A stretch of DNA of 64,000 nt from an uncultured Trueperaceae bacterium (GCA_963815215.1 CAWFFU010000003.1:32001-96000); one strand, 5' to 3'; positions 10,556 through 22,295 are shown, counted from the first letter of the stretch. Notes: generated by a model from the sequence alone, not told the origin. A program made the numbers and translations.

Positions 10556-11134
10556 ATGAAGATCTACACCCGCACCGGAGACGACGGCGACACCGGGCTG
10601 TTCGGCGGTGATCGCGTTCCCAAGAGCGACGTCCGGGTGCGCGCCTACGGTGCGGTGGACGAGGCCAACGCCGTGCTGGGCGTGGCACGGGCCGCGCTGC
10701 GTCGTGACGAGGTCGTCGACGAAGCGCTGGACGAGGAACTGGCGGCCCTTCAGAGCGCGTTGTTCGACCTGGGTGCGGACCTGGCGACGCCGCTGGACGC
10801 CAAGGCGCGGCGCGTGGTGACGGCCATCGACGAGCACGACGTGCATGCCTTGGAGCTCCGCATCGACGCGCTCGACGCGGAGCTCGAGCCCCTCACCAGC
10901 TTCGTGCTGCCCGGCGGTGAGGCCGCGGCGGCCGCCCTCCACCTCGCGCGTACGGTGGTGCGGCGCGCCGAGCGCGACGCCGTGGCGCTGGCCGAGACCA
11001 CGGCCATCAACCCGCAGGCCCTGCGCTACCTGAACCGCCTGTCCGATCTGCTGTTCACGCTCGCCCGCGTGGTCAACGCACGGGCGGGCCGCCGGGACGT
11101 GGCGTGGCGGCCGCGGCCGCGTGCCGGCTCGTGA
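10556..11134 (+). CDS. pduO: ATP:cob(I)alamin adenosyltransferase (PduO type)
   Basis: MKIYTRTGDDG, YGAVDEAN, RTVVRRAER, YLNRLSDLLF. Confidence 0.93.
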   Translation: MKIYTRTGDDGDTGLFGGDRVPKSDVRVRAYGAVDEANAVLGVARAALRRDEVVDEALDEELAALQSALFDLGADLATPLDAKARRVVTAIDEHDVHALELRIDALDAELEPLTSFVLPGGEAAAAALHLARTVVRRAERDAVALAETTAINPQALRYLNRLSDLLFTLARVVNARAGRRDVAWRPRPRAGS

Positions 11135-12185
11135 GCTCGGCCACGTTCGCCAGGCCGCGCCGGTCGAGCGCCGCCAGGATGTCGCGGTGGGCGCTGCGAA
11201 GCATCCCCGGACCGCGGTAGATGAAGGCGGTGTAGACCTGCACCAGGGTGGCGCCGGCCTCCAGCCGTTCGACCACGTCGGCGCCGTCGAACACCCCACC
11301 GACCGACACCAACGGCAGGCGAGTGGCGCTGCGGAGCACCCGTAACGCCGCCAGCGACGCGGCCGCCAGCGGCCGTCCCGACAACCCACCCGCCTCGCCC
11401 GCCAGGGGCGAGCGCAACCCGTCGCGGGCGATGGTGGTGTTGGTGGCGATGAGGCCGGCCGTCCTGGAGCGCTCGGCCAGCTCCGCCACCTCGAGCAACT
11501 GGTCGCGGGTGAGGTCCGGCGCGATCTTGAGCAGCACCGGCTTGGGTCCCAGCTCGTCCTGCAACCGGTCCGCGAGGCCGAGCAGCGCCTCGAGGGGGCC
11601 GCGCTCCTGTAGCCGGCGCAGGCCGGGCGTGTTGGGCGAGGAGACATTGAGGGCCAGGTAGTCGGCCACCGCCCACACGCTGCGCAGTGCGCGCTCGTAG
11701 TCGTCGATGGCGTCCTCGAGCGGGACCACTCGCGACTTCCCGACGTTGATCCCGAGCGGCACGTCCACGCCGCCGGCGGCCCGCAGGCGCAGCAGACGTC
11801 CGGCCATGGCGGCGGCGCCCCGATTGTTGAAACCCATGCGGTTGATGATGGCCTCGTCGCCCACGAGGCGGAACAGGCGCGGGCGGGGATTGCCGGGTTG
11901 CGGGCGAGCCGTGACGCTTCCGAGCTCGAGGTGGCCGAAGCCGAGGGCGCCGAAGGCGCGCACCGCCACACCGTCCTTGTCGAGCCCGGCGGCGAGGCCG
12001 ATGGGGGAGGGGAAGCGCAGGCCGAACGCTTCGACCTCGAGACGCGAGTCGTGCAGGGCGTAGACGCGCTCCAGGGCGCGCACCGCCAACACGCTCCGAC
12101 CCGCCCAGGCGAGGCCTCCGATCACGAGTCCATGGGCGCGCTCCGGCTCGAGCCGGAAGAGCGCGCGGCGCACCGCTCGATACAT
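11073..12185 (-). CDS. pyrD: Quinone-dependent dihydroorotate dehydrogenase
   Basis: GLAAGLDK, INRMGFNN, NVSSPNTPGLR, KIAPD, GGLSG. Confidence 0.95.
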   Translation of the reverse strand: MYRAVRRALFRLEPERAHGLVIGGLAWAGRSVLAVRALERVYALHDSRLEVEAFGLRFPSPIGLAAGLDKDGVAVRAFGALGFGHLELGSVTARPQPGNPRPRLFRLVGDEAIINRMGFNNRGAAAMAGRLLRLRAAGGVDVPLGINVGKSRVVPLEDAIDDYERALRSVWAVADYLALNVSSPNTPGLRRLQERGPLEALLGLADRLQDELGPKPVLLKIAPDLTRDQLLEVAELAERSRTAGLIATNTTIARDGLRSPLAGEAGGLSGRPLAAASLAALRVLRSATRLPLVSVGGVFDGADVVERLEAGATLVQVYTAFIYRGPGMLRSAHRDILAALDRRGLANVAELTSRHAAAAATPRPGGPPVR

Positions 12186-12226
12186 GCCGCCAGTCTACCG
12201 GCCGGCAGCCCCCGACGCCCTTCGCG

Positions 12227-12943
12227 CTAGCTGCCCGGCGGTCGGCTGGGCCGCACCTCGATCTTGCTGGGCAGGGTGCGCTGCGGGGTGCGCAGCAGGT
12301 ACAGCACCATCTCCGCCAGGTCCTCGGGCTGGATCTTCCAGGCCTCGTCGGGGCCGGGAGCCTTGCCCGAGAAGTGCGTCGCGACCGAGCCCGGCATGAT
12401 GGTCGACACCTTGATGCCGTGCTTCCTCAGGTCGAGCATGACGGCCTGGCTGAAGCCGGTGAGGCCGAACTTGCTGGCGTTGTAGGCGGCGCCCCCGGCG
12501 AAGAAGTTGGTGCCGGCCAGGCTGCCGATGGTGATGATGGTCCCCTGGCTCCGCTTGAGCGGCTCGACCGACGCCTTCACGGTGTGGAACACGCCGGTGA
12601 GGTTGGTGTCGATGGTGGCGTGCCAGGCGTCGACGCTCAGGGTGTCGATGGGGGCGAAGGCGCCGATGCCGGCGTTGGCGACGACCGCGTCGAGGCTGCC
12701 GAACGCCTCCAGGGTGGCGGTCACGGCGCGCTCGAGCGCATCGAACTGGCGTACGTCGCACGCCACTCCCAGCGCCCGGCCGCCGCCAGCGGCGCCGAGC
12801 TCGTCCGCGACGCGCTCGACGTCGTGGGCGTTGCGCGAGGTCAGCGTGACGTTCATGCCTGCGGCGACCAGGGCTTGGGCGACGGCGCGGCCGATGCCGC
12901 GGCTCGCGCCGGTGACCAGGGCTGTCTTGCCGGATACGTCCAT
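12227..12943 (-). CDS. SDR family oxidoreductase
   Basis: TGASRGIG, NAG, YNASK. Confidence 0.92.
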   Translation of the reverse strand: MDVSGKTALVTGASRGIGRAVAQALVAAGMNVTLTSRNAHDVERVADELGAAGGGRALGVACDVRQFDALERAVTATLEAFGSLDAVVANAGIGAFAPIDTLSVDAWHATIDTNLTGVFHTVKASVEPLKRSQGTIITIGSLAGTNFFAGGAAYNASKFGLTGFSQAVMLDLRKHGIKVSTIMPGSVATHFSGKAPGPDEAWKIQPEDLAEMVLYLLRTPQRTLPSKIEVRPSRPPGS

Positions 12944-13043
12944 GTGGCGACCGTAGCACGCTCGGAAGAGCGTTCTGCACGCTGTGGCGACACGTTCGTC
13001 CGGGCGCGCGCGACGGCGCCCGGACTGGTAGACTCGGGGCCGG

Positions 13044-13661
13044 ATGCGCCGCCTCACGCTGATCCGTCATGCGCTCACCGACTGGAACCTCAGCGGCCGG
13101 TTCCAGGGGCACAGTGACGTGGCGCTGTCGGAGAAGGGGCGGAGGCAGGCGCGTCGCCTGGCCCGCCACGTGCACGGCCTGGAGCCGGATGCGATGGTCT
13201 TCTCGAGCCCGCTGGGCAGGGCGCGGGAGACCGCCGAGATCGCGTTCCCGGAGCGCGAGATCCGGCTCGACGCCCGGCTCGCCGAGCTCGATTTCGGCGC
13301 CTTCGAGGGGGCGACCCAGCAACAGAACGAACTGCGCGCCGAGTGGGCCTGGTGGATCGCCGATCCGTACGAGCGCCCGACGCCCGGCGGCGAGTCCTAC
13401 CGCCAGCTCCGGCAGCGCGTGGTGGCATGGATGGACGAGCTGGAAGGGGCCGAGCACGTGGTCGCCGTCAGCCACTCGGGCACCATCCAGATGCTGCTGG
13501 CGCACGTACTGGGGGTCGAGCGCCCGCGCTGGCGCAAGCGCATCTACCTGCGCCACACCGGCATAAGCCGGGTGCTGTTCCGGGGCGACGAGGCGATCGT
13601 CGAGCGGGTCAATGACACCCGGCACCTCACAGCGGAGGGCGCCGACCCCTTCCTCGACTGA
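13044..13661 (+). CDS. Histidine phosphatase family protein
   Basis: LIRHALTDWN, SSPLGRARET, GGES, VSH. Confidence 0.9.
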   Translation: MRRLTLIRHALTDWNLSGRFQGHSDVALSEKGRRQARRLARHVHGLEPDAMVFSSPLGRARETAEIAFPEREIRLDARLAELDFGAFEGATQQQNELRAEWAWWIADPYERPTPGGESYRQLRQRVVAWMDELEGAEHVVAVSHSGTIQMLLAHVLGVERPRWRKRIYLRHTGISRVLFRGDEAIVERVNDTRHLTAEGADPFLD

Positions 13662-13710
13662 CGCAGTCGCGGCGCTCGGAGCCGAACGCAGCCGGTGGTA
13701 GACTCGCCGC

Positions 13711-14502
13711 GTGACCGACGCGGCCACGTTCACTGTCGAGCAGGAGCACTTCCAGGGGACGCTGGGTGAGCTCGCGCACGCCTTGCGCAACGGGGACCTG
13801 GCGCCACGCCGCCTGGACCTGTACCGCCTGGTCCGCGACTACCTGGGGTTCTTCGACGTCGTCGCGGATCGGGATCTCGAGCTGGCCAGCGAGGCGTTGC
13901 CGCAGGTCGCGCAGGTGATCGAACTCAAGGTTCGGCTGCTGCTGCCGCGGCCGCCGCGCGAGGAGACCGACGACGGCGAGGCGCTGGAAGAGGTCCTGTC
14001 GGCCGTCGCCTTGCTGGAGGAGCTGGAGGAGGCGGTGCAGTTCCTGCGGTCTCGACGCGAGGAACGGCGGCTGGTCCTCCCGGCGCGCGCACCCCGGCCC
14101 GACTACCCTCGGCCGGAGCGACCGCTCCGAGCCCGACCCGCCGATCTGGCGAGGCTCGCCGGGCGCTACCGCGTCGGGAACTACTTCGAGCTGGCGCTCG
14201 AGCGCCTCACCCTGGCCGGCGCCATGCGGCGCGTGATGACGGCCCTGCGCGACCTGGGACGCGGCTGGCTCTACGACCTGGCCGACGCGTCGGACTGGTC
14301 GAGCCGCACCGTGAGCTTCGCGGCACTGATGGAGCTGGTGCGTCAGGGGCGGGCTCGTGCGGATCAGGACGCACCGTACGCGCCGATCATGGTCGAGCGG
14401 GGGGCTCGGGCCGATGCGCCGCCGGACGGCTCCGACACGGAGCGCGCACGCCCGCCGACGCCGCGCGCGTCGCCCACGACGCCGGTCGCCGAGCCCAACT
14501 GA
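13711..14502 (+). CDS. scpA: Segregation/condensation protein A (kleisin)
   Basis: FQGTLGEL..., IELKVRLLLP, C-terminal FAALMELVRQG...Q..PYAPI. Confidence 0.75.
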   Translation: MTDAATFTVEQEHFQGTLGELAHALRNGDLAPRRLDLYRLVRDYLGFFDVVADRDLELASEALPQVAQVIELKVRLLLPRPPREETDDGEALEEVLSAVALLEELEEAVQFLRSRREERRLVLPARAPRPDYPRPERPLRARPADLARLAGRYRVGNYFELALERLTLAGAMRRVMTALRDLGRGWLYDLADASDWSSRTVSFAALMELVRQGRARADQDAPYAPIMVERGARADAPPDGSDTERARPPTPRASPTTPVAEPN

Positions 14503-14557
14503 TCGTCGCCGGATACTGGGGGGACACGTCCGGCCACGGCCCGCAGGCGGGCCGTGC

Positions 14558-16363
<1,806 letters not shown>

Positions 16364-16487
16364 TCGGTCTCCGGGGGTGCGGGCGCCCCCTTGGGGGCGA
16401 TCGGTGTCGGGCGGCGTGGTCGCCTGCGTTCCAACGCGGCAGTATAGCGGACGCGGCCGCCAACGCGTGCAGCGCGGAGACATGGTG

Positions 16488-16546
16488 CATCCGCGCCACG
16501 GCGAAGGCGGGACCGGTATGGCCCCGCCTTCGCCGTTGCGCGGATG
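16488..16546. terminator. Long GC-rich hairpin downstream of fasciclin gene
   Basis: ACGGCGAAGGCGGG/CCCGCCTTCGCCGT 14-bp stem extended by CATCCGCGC/GCGCGGATG; no clear U-tract. Confidence 0.55.
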
Positions 16547-16581
16547 GAGGGTGAGGGTCCGCCGGAGCGGACCCGGTCGGG

Positions 16582-17088
16582 TCAGTTGCTGGTGCCGGCG
16601 CCCATCGTCATGCTCGGGGGCAGGATGACCTTGTCGATGACGTGGATGACGCCGTTGGAGGCCTCGATGTCGGTGGCGGTGACGTGGGCGTCGTTGACCA
16701 TGACGCCGTCGGCGCCGGCGTGGATGGCGATGGGCTCACCCTGGACGCTCGTGGCCGAGGAGAGGCCCACGACGTCCGCGGCCATCACCTTGCCGGCGAC
16801 CACGTGGTAGGTGAGCAACGCCACGAGCTGCTCCTTGTTGGCGAGCAGCGCCTGGAGCTGGCCCTCGGGCAGGGCGGCGAAGGCTTCGTTGGTCGGCGCG
16901 AACACCGTGAACGGACCGTCGCTGTTCAGCGTGTCGACCAGGCCGGCCTCGGTCACGGCCGTGACGAGGGTGCTGAAGTCCGGGTTGGCGGCCGCCACCT
17001 CGACGATCGTCTGGGCCGTGGCGGTTCCGAAGGTGAGGAGCGCGGCCAGCGCGGCTCCGGCGAAGAGGGTCCTCAGGGTGTGTCTCAT
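16582..17088 (-). CDS. Secreted fasciclin (FAS1) domain protein
   Basis: Signal peptide; FTVFAPTNEAF, LTYHVV, NGVIHVIDKV; SD GGAGG. Confidence 0.93.
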   Translation of the reverse strand: MRHTLRTLFAGAALAALLTFGTATAQTIVEVAAANPDFSTLVTAVTEAGLVDTLNSDGPFTVFAPTNEAFAALPEGQLQALLANKEQLVALLTYHVVAGKVMAADVVGLSSATSVQGEPIAIHAGADGVMVNDAHVTATDIEASNGVIHVIDKVILPPSMTMGAGTSN

Positions 17089-17420
17089 ACGTCCTCCAGT
17101 TCGTTTGGGGTCGGTCCCGTCGCCTGTCGCTCCAGGGGGTGGGGTGCAGGGAGGGATCGCAGGGTGTGGGGCTTGTCCGACCTTGAACAAAGGGTATACG
17201 CAACCATTACGCCCACACCGCGGCCGGGGCCACAGTCTGTCCGCCGGGGAAGTGCGTGGCCCGCTAGCTCCGTGGCGGACGGCTCGGTGGCGCCCGATGC
17301 CGCGCGGTACCACGCGTGCTTCCTGGTTGACAGGGCCGTGAGCCGGCGTCTGATAGGTTCGTGTGCAGTGCATGAGCCGTCCCTGCCGCAGGGACCGGTC
17401 CGACACCCCGGAGGACTCCG

Positions 17421-17687
17421 TTGCAGAACCTTCCCTTGACCATGTACACCACCCGCTGGTGCGGAGATTGCGTTCGCGCCAAGAACTTCCTGCAGAAGTT
17501 CGCGATCCCGTTCGTCGAAGTCGACATCGAGCAGGATCCCGAGGCGGCGAACTACGTCCAGAGCGTCAACGACGGGCGGCGCAGCGTTCCCACCCTGGTG
17601 GTGGAGGGACGCGCCACCAGCCTGTCCGGCTTCACCCGCGAGAAGTTCGACGCCTTCCTCGACCAGCACGGACTGCGCAACGGGTGA
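17421..17687 (+). CDS. Glutaredoxin-like protein (mycoredoxin/NrdH-like)
   Basis: YTTRWCGDC, VPT; SD GGAGG before TTG. Confidence 0.85.
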   Translation: MQNLPLTMYTTRWCGDCVRAKNFLQKFAIPFVEVDIEQDPEAANYVQSVNDGRRSVPTLVVEGRATSLSGFTREKFDAFLDQHGLRNG

Positions 17688-17807
17688 CGAGTGCGCCCGG
17701 GATACGGCGTTCGGGCCACAGCGTTCGGGCCACGGCGTTCGGCACGCTCGGCAGCGGCGCGGCGCCCCGTCGGGCCGGTTCCCACGGGGCGTGGTAGCCT
17801 CGTGAGG

Positions 17808-18527
17808 ATGGCGTCGGCCGGGCGGGTCCCCAGCGACAAGGCGACGGAAGTGCGGGCGATGTTCTCGACCATCGCTCCGCGTTACGACGCCCTCAACCGG
17901 CTTCTCAGCTTCGGCGTCGATCGCCGCTGGCGTGCGCAAGCCGCGCGCGCGGCGCTCCATGGTGGGGCGCGGCGCGTGCTCGACGTAGCGACCGGCACGG
18001 GCGACCTCGCCTTCACCCTCGCCGCCATGGCGCCGGACGCCGATATCGTGGGCGTCGACTTCGCGGAGCCCATGCTCCAGCTCGCCAGCGCCAAGGCGGA
18101 GGGGCGCCGTGGGCGCGTACGCTTCGAGGTCGGCGACGGCACCCGTTTGAGCTTTCCGGACGACAGCTTCGACGCGCTGACCATCGCTTACGGCCTACGG
18201 AACTTCGACGACCTCGATCGTGGCCTGCGCGAGTTCTTTCGTGTGCTTCGACCGGGCGGCAGGCTGGTGGTGCTGGAATTCCCGCCGCCCCCCGGCGGAT
18301 GGTTCGGGGCCCTGTACCGCACGTACTTCACCCGCGTCTTGCCCGCCGTCGGCGGGCTCGTCTCGGGCCGCGGGAGCGCCTACCGCTACCTGCCGGCGTC
18401 GGTGCTGGCGTTCCCCGACCCCGACGCTCTGGCCGAGCGCATGCGGGCGGCCGGGTTCGCGGACGTGCACTTCCGCTTGCAGACCTTCGGCGTCTCAGCC
18501 ATCCACCAAGGAGAGAAGCGCGTATGA
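17808..18527 (+). CDS. menG: Demethylmenaquinone methyltransferase (UbiE/MenG family)
   Basis: IAPRYDALN, LDVATGTGD, AYGLRN, LRPGG. Confidence 0.9.
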   Translation: MASAGRVPSDKATEVRAMFSTIAPRYDALNRLLSFGVDRRWRAQAARAALHGGARRVLDVATGTGDLAFTLAAMAPDADIVGVDFAEPMLQLASAKAEGRRGRVRFEVGDGTRLSFPDDSFDALTIAYGLRNFDDLDRGLREFFRVLRPGGRLVVLEFPPPPGGWFGALYRTYFTRVLPAVGGLVSGRGSAYRYLPASVLAFPDPDALAERMRAAGFADVHFRLQTFGVSAIHQGEKRV

Positions 18528-19123
18528 ACCTCTTGGACGTCACAACGAGCGGCTTCGAGCTCAACACCGACGCCTCCCTGGTCAACCCTGACTGGGAGGA
18601 CTTCGCGGAGGCGCACGATCGGCGTTTCGGGCTGGCCATCTCGCACTTCAAGAGCCTGGTGAAGGGGCGCGCCTACGACAATCAGGTGATGCGCCTGCGC
18701 GTGGGCCGCGAGGGATTCTATGCCCAGGCCCGCAACTTCCCTGCCGCCTTCTTCGGCGACACCCGCTCGCCGGAGGTCGTCACCGTGCCCGAGGCCGATG
18801 CCCAGGCCGCGGTGTGGGAGGCGGTCGCCCACTACCGTGCCGGGGAGGCGCAGTCCTTGACCACCATCTACTCGGGGGACGATCCCCCCGACGTGTTCTT
18901 CGGCTACCGTCTCACCGGTGAGCGTCGCTACGAGCTGGGTCACGTGCGCACCTCGCTACCGCTTCACCTGCGCGTCCTGGTGGACGCGCCCGAGGAGAGC
19001 ACCCTGGTGGGCGCGTCGGCGGGCGTGCTCATCTATCAGCGCACGCGGCGCGGCGAGCACGTCTTGATCCGGGCCGCCGGTAGGCGCCAGCCGCTGCTGG
19101 CAGGCGTCCAGCTCGCCGACTGA
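18524..19123 (+). CDS. Hypothetical protein
   Basis: ATGA overlap with menG stop; protein-like composition; no motif recognised. Confidence 0.75.
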   Translation: MNLLDVTTSGFELNTDASLVNPDWEDFAEAHDRRFGLAISHFKSLVKGRAYDNQVMRLRVGREGFYAQARNFPAAFFGDTRSPEVVTVPEADAQAAVWEAVAHYRAGEAQSLTTIYSGDDPPDVFFGYRLTGERRYELGHVRTSLPLHLRVLVDAPEESTLVGASAGVLIYQRTRRGEHVLIRAAGRRQPLLAGVQLAD

Positions 19124-19132
19124 GGCCGCCGC

Positions 19133-19882
19133 TTGCCGACGTATCCTACGCGCGGTCACCGATACGACGTCATCGTCGTGGGAGCCGGCATCGCCGGCAG
19201 CGAGGCGGCGTTCGCGTGCGCCCGTGAGGGCCTCGACACGCTGCTGGTCACCACCAGCCTGGACACCGTCTACAACGCGATCGGCGATACCGTTGCGCTG
19301 TCGCCTCCCGAGGGCACGCTGATGCGCGCGCTCTGGCAAGAGCATGCCGACGGCGGCGGACGCATCGCCAGCGCCGAGCTCCACCGCGCGGCGAAGTACG
19401 CCCTGGAGCGCCAGGACGGGCTCCACCTGCTGCAATCCAACGTGACGGCGTTGCGCGTGGACGATCGCGGTCGCGTCGACGGTGTCGAGACCTGGGAGGG
19501 CGTGGCCCGCTCGGGGAGGCCGGTGGCGCTCTGCGTCGGTAGCTTCCTGCACGCGCGCCTCACCGTCGGGTCGCTCGCCGAGGTCGCGGGGCGGCTGAGC
19601 GAGATGGCCTACGACGAGCTCTACCTGGACCTCGAACAGCGCGGCATCAACTTCCGCGACGTCACGCTCTCGGCCGACCCCACCGGCGGATCGCTTCCCT
19701 ACGAGGTGCGCTGTCGCGTGCTCGAGCCCTCCGGGGTGGGCGGCGACGGCTTCCACCTTCCCGAGTTGCCCGGACTGTACGCCGCCGGATTGTGCGCGCG
19801 CGGTTACCTGCCGTTCGAGGAGGCCGCCCTGGACGGCGTGCGGCTGGCCCGCGCCCTGGTCGCCGTGCGGTCGCGCCGTTGA
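19133..19882 (+). CDS. Short GidA/MnmG-related FAD-dependent protein
   Basis: YDVIVVGAGIAGSEAA, GRLSE, GLYAAG; ~250 aa; start uncertain. Confidence 0.8.
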   Translation: MPTYPTRGHRYDVIVVGAGIAGSEAAFACAREGLDTLLVTTSLDTVYNAIGDTVALSPPEGTLMRALWQEHADGGGRIASAELHRAAKYALERQDGLHLLQSNVTALRVDDRGRVDGVETWEGVARSGRPVALCVGSFLHARLTVGSLAEVAGRLSEMAYDELYLDLEQRGINFRDVTLSADPTGGSLPYEVRCRVLEPSGVGGDGFHLPELPGLYAAGLCARGYLPFEEAALDGVRLARALVAVRSRR

Positions 19883-19901
19883 CCGAACGCCGGGACTCGC
19901 C

Positions 19902-20102
19902 TCAGATGCCCTGAGTGTCGTCGTGCGGTCGGGTGTAGGCGTCGATCTTGTGGATCTCGTCGGCGCCGGCCCACACCATGCGAGCGCCGTCCGGCGTCGT
20001 CGCGAGCAAGCGGTACCGGTACGGGGTCTGAGCGCGGGCGGTGCTGATCACGTAGCGCCGACCTTCGAAGAGCACTTCCTCACCCACAGTGAAGCTCGCC
20101 AT
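19902..20102 (-). CDS. Small hypothetical protein (66 aa)
   Basis: TAAGGT-N7-ATG leaderless start; fills intergenic gap. Confidence 0.65.
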   Translation of the reverse strand: MASFTVGEEVLFEGRRYVISTARAQTPYRYRLLATTPDGARMVWAGADEIHKIDAYTRPHDDTQGI

Positions 20103-20207
20103 GGTGCTCACCTTACCGCTCGACGGCGAAGGGGATGAAGGGGCCAGACGTCCTGAGCCCGTGGGCAGGGAGGCGGCACTGCAGCGGCGCTCGGCTCCGG
20201 CTGTGCG

Positions 20208-20726
20208 TCACAGGGTCGACGGCGCTACGCTTCGTGATACCGCGACCTCCGGGGGGCTACGGAGCGTCTGATACACGACGCAGTAGCGTTCGGTCAGCCG
20301 CTGCAGGGTCGCGAGGTCTTCCTCGGAAGCGTCGGTGTCGAGCGCGAAGTCCAGACGGATGGACTGGAATCCGACGGGAACGTCCTTCGCCACCCCCAAC
20401 GTCCCGCGGAAGTCGAGATCGCCTTCGGCTCGGACGGTGCCACGCCGGATCTCGATGCCGATGGCCGTCGCGACGGCGGCCAGCGTGACGCCAGCACAGG
20501 CCACCAGGGCCTCCAGCAGTAGATCGCCCGAGCAGACCGACAGACCCGTCCCGCCGGTTGCGGGGTGCAGCCCGGCCTCCACCAGCGCGCGGCCCGTCTC
20601 GACCCGGCAGTGCACGCCCTCGCCGAGCTGGCCCTCGGCCCGAAGCGTGATCCGCGCGGCCTCCGGCTCCACCCGATAGTGCGCCTTCAACGGTGCCTGG
20701 ACCGACCTGAGCTCTTCGCTGTTCAT
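20208..20726 (-). CDS. OsmC/Ohr family protein
   Basis: CSGDLLLEALVAC, GDLDFRG, ERYCVV; SD GGAGG. Confidence 0.88.
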   Translation of the reverse strand: MNSEELRSVQAPLKAHYRVEPEAARITLRAEGQLGEGVHCRVETGRALVEAGLHPATGGTGLSVCSGDLLLEALVACAGVTLAAVATAIGIEIRRGTVRAEGDLDFRGTLGVAKDVPVGFQSIRLDFALDTDASEEDLATLQRLTERYCVVYQTLRSPPEVAVSRSVAPSTL

Positions 20727-20826
20727 GGCCCCTCCGACTCCGCCCACGAGGGCGGCATCACGACGGTTTCGGTGGCGTCGATGATACGCCACGGTGGGGC
20801 AGCGCGCGCAGCCCGAGAGGCACTGC

Positions 20827-21690
20827 CTAGGTGCGGTGTTCGTCTGGTAGGAAGAGCGGTTCGCGGGGCGGCGGGAAGAGCCCCTGCTCGACGCCTCGTC
20901 GGAGCAGCGTCTCGGCGGCCCGCACGCCGTCGGGCCCGACCTCGAGCGAGTACCGGTTCACGTAGAGGTCGATGTGCCGCTGTCTCACGCTCTCATCCAT
21001 CTCCTGGGCGTGTTGTGCCACGTAGGCGCGCGTCGCGCCGGGGTTCTCCCAGGCGTACGTCAGGCTCGCCCTCAGCATGGCTTGAAGGCGGCCAAGGAGA
21101 TCGGAGCCGAGGTCGCGCCGGGCGACGATGCCGCCGAGGGGAACGAGCTCGCCGGTGGCCTCCTCCCACCAGGTCCCCAGGTCGAGGAAGCAATGCAGCC
21201 CGTGGTCGAGATAGGTGAACCGGCTCTCGTGGATGATGAGGCCCGCGTCGACCTCGCCTGCGGCCACCGCAGGCATGATGCGGTCGTAACGCATCTCGCT
21301 CAGGCGCGCCGAGGGTTGCGAGATGCGGAGGAGCAGGTTGGCGGTGGTGCGCCCCCCTGGGATGGCGATCGACTTGCCGGCGAGATCGTCCAATGGCTCG
21401 CGGGTGACGATCAGCGGTCCCACGCCGCGTCCCAAGGCGCCTCCCGCGCGCAGCATGATGTAGCGGTCGGCGAGGTAGCCGTAGGCGTGGTAGCTCACCT
21501 TGGCGACGTCGAGCTCGCCGCGGTCGGCGGCACGGTTGAGGGCTTCGACGTCGTCCAGCGCGATGTCGAAATGCACCTCGGGCTCCCGCCCGTCGTGGAC
21601 GAGGCCGTGCGCCAGCGCATAGAAGATGAACGCGTCGTTGGGGCACGGCGAGTAGCCGAGGCGGAGCGTTCGCGTCCCGGCGCCGCTCAT
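20827..21690 (-). CDS. mqnD: 1,4-dihydroxy-6-naphthoate synthase
   Basis: GYSPCPND, GLIIHESRFTY, DLGTWW, HIDLYVN. Confidence 0.93.
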   Translation of the reverse strand: MSGAGTRTLRLGYSPCPNDAFIFYALAHGLVHDGREPEVHFDIALDDVEALNRAADRGELDVAKVSYHAYGYLADRYIMLRAGGALGRGVGPLIVTREPLDDLAGKSIAIPGGRTTANLLLRISQPSARLSEMRYDRIMPAVAAGEVDAGLIIHESRFTYLDHGLHCFLDLGTWWEEATGELVPLGGIVARRDLGSDLLGRLQAMLRASLTYAWENPGATRAYVAQHAQEMDESVRQRHIDLYVNRYSLEVGPDGVRAAETLLRRGVEQGLFPPPREPLFLPDEHRT

Positions 21691-22142
21691 CCCGGCGCCG
21701 CCCCACTGAAGTCGGCGACCGCTCGCCGGTGCTCGATCTTCGTGCACCGGTCCTGGACGACGATGATTCCGGCCGCGCGCAGCCTGCGCGCGGCGTCGTC
21801 GTTGCGGATCCCGAGCTGGAGCCATACGGCTGCGGGCAGCGGCCGCATCGCCAGGATCTCCTCCACGTGGTCGTCGACGTCCTCCGCCCGGCGGAAGACG
21901 TCGACGATGTCCACGGCTTCCGAGATCTCAGCGAGCGAGGCCAGCACCGTTCGCCCGTGGAGTTCTTCGCCGGCGTACCGTGGATTGACCGGGATGATCT
22001 CGTAGCCGTGGCGCGCCAGGTAGGCCGTGACCTCGAAGGAGGGTCGGTCGCGTCGGGCGCTCGCGCCCAGCACGGCGATGCGGTGCGAATGTGCGAGGAG
22101 CTCGCGTGCGCGATCGTCGAGCGAGTCGTCGTGCTCGTCCAT
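21687..22142 (-). CDS. CoA-binding protein (YccU-like)
   Basis: IAVLGAS, PVNP, DIVDVFR, WLQLGI, DRC. Confidence 0.9.
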   Translation of the reverse strand: MDEHDDSLDDRARELLAHSHRIAVLGASARRDRPSFEVTAYLARHGYEIIPVNPRYAGEELHGRTVLASLAEISEAVDIVDVFRRAEDVDDHVEEILAMRPLPAAVWLQLGIRNDDAARRLRAAGIIVVQDRCTKIEHRRAVADFSGAAPG

Positions 22143-22295
22143 GGCTCCAGGGTATCGCGGTGGCTCGCGCCTCCGCGTAGGCCCGGTGGCCCCCTCGCGC
22201 CGTCGACCTCGCGTTGCCGGGCAGGGGATCATCTGCTAGACTGAAACGCTATGTGTCGGGCCTAGGCACCGGCACGGCCCTTGGAGGTGAAGTCC

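Noticed and set aside
11073..11134. 62-nt convergent overlap of pduO and pyrD
   Set aside because: Low-complexity tail overlap is common in GC-rich genomes; there is no sign of function.
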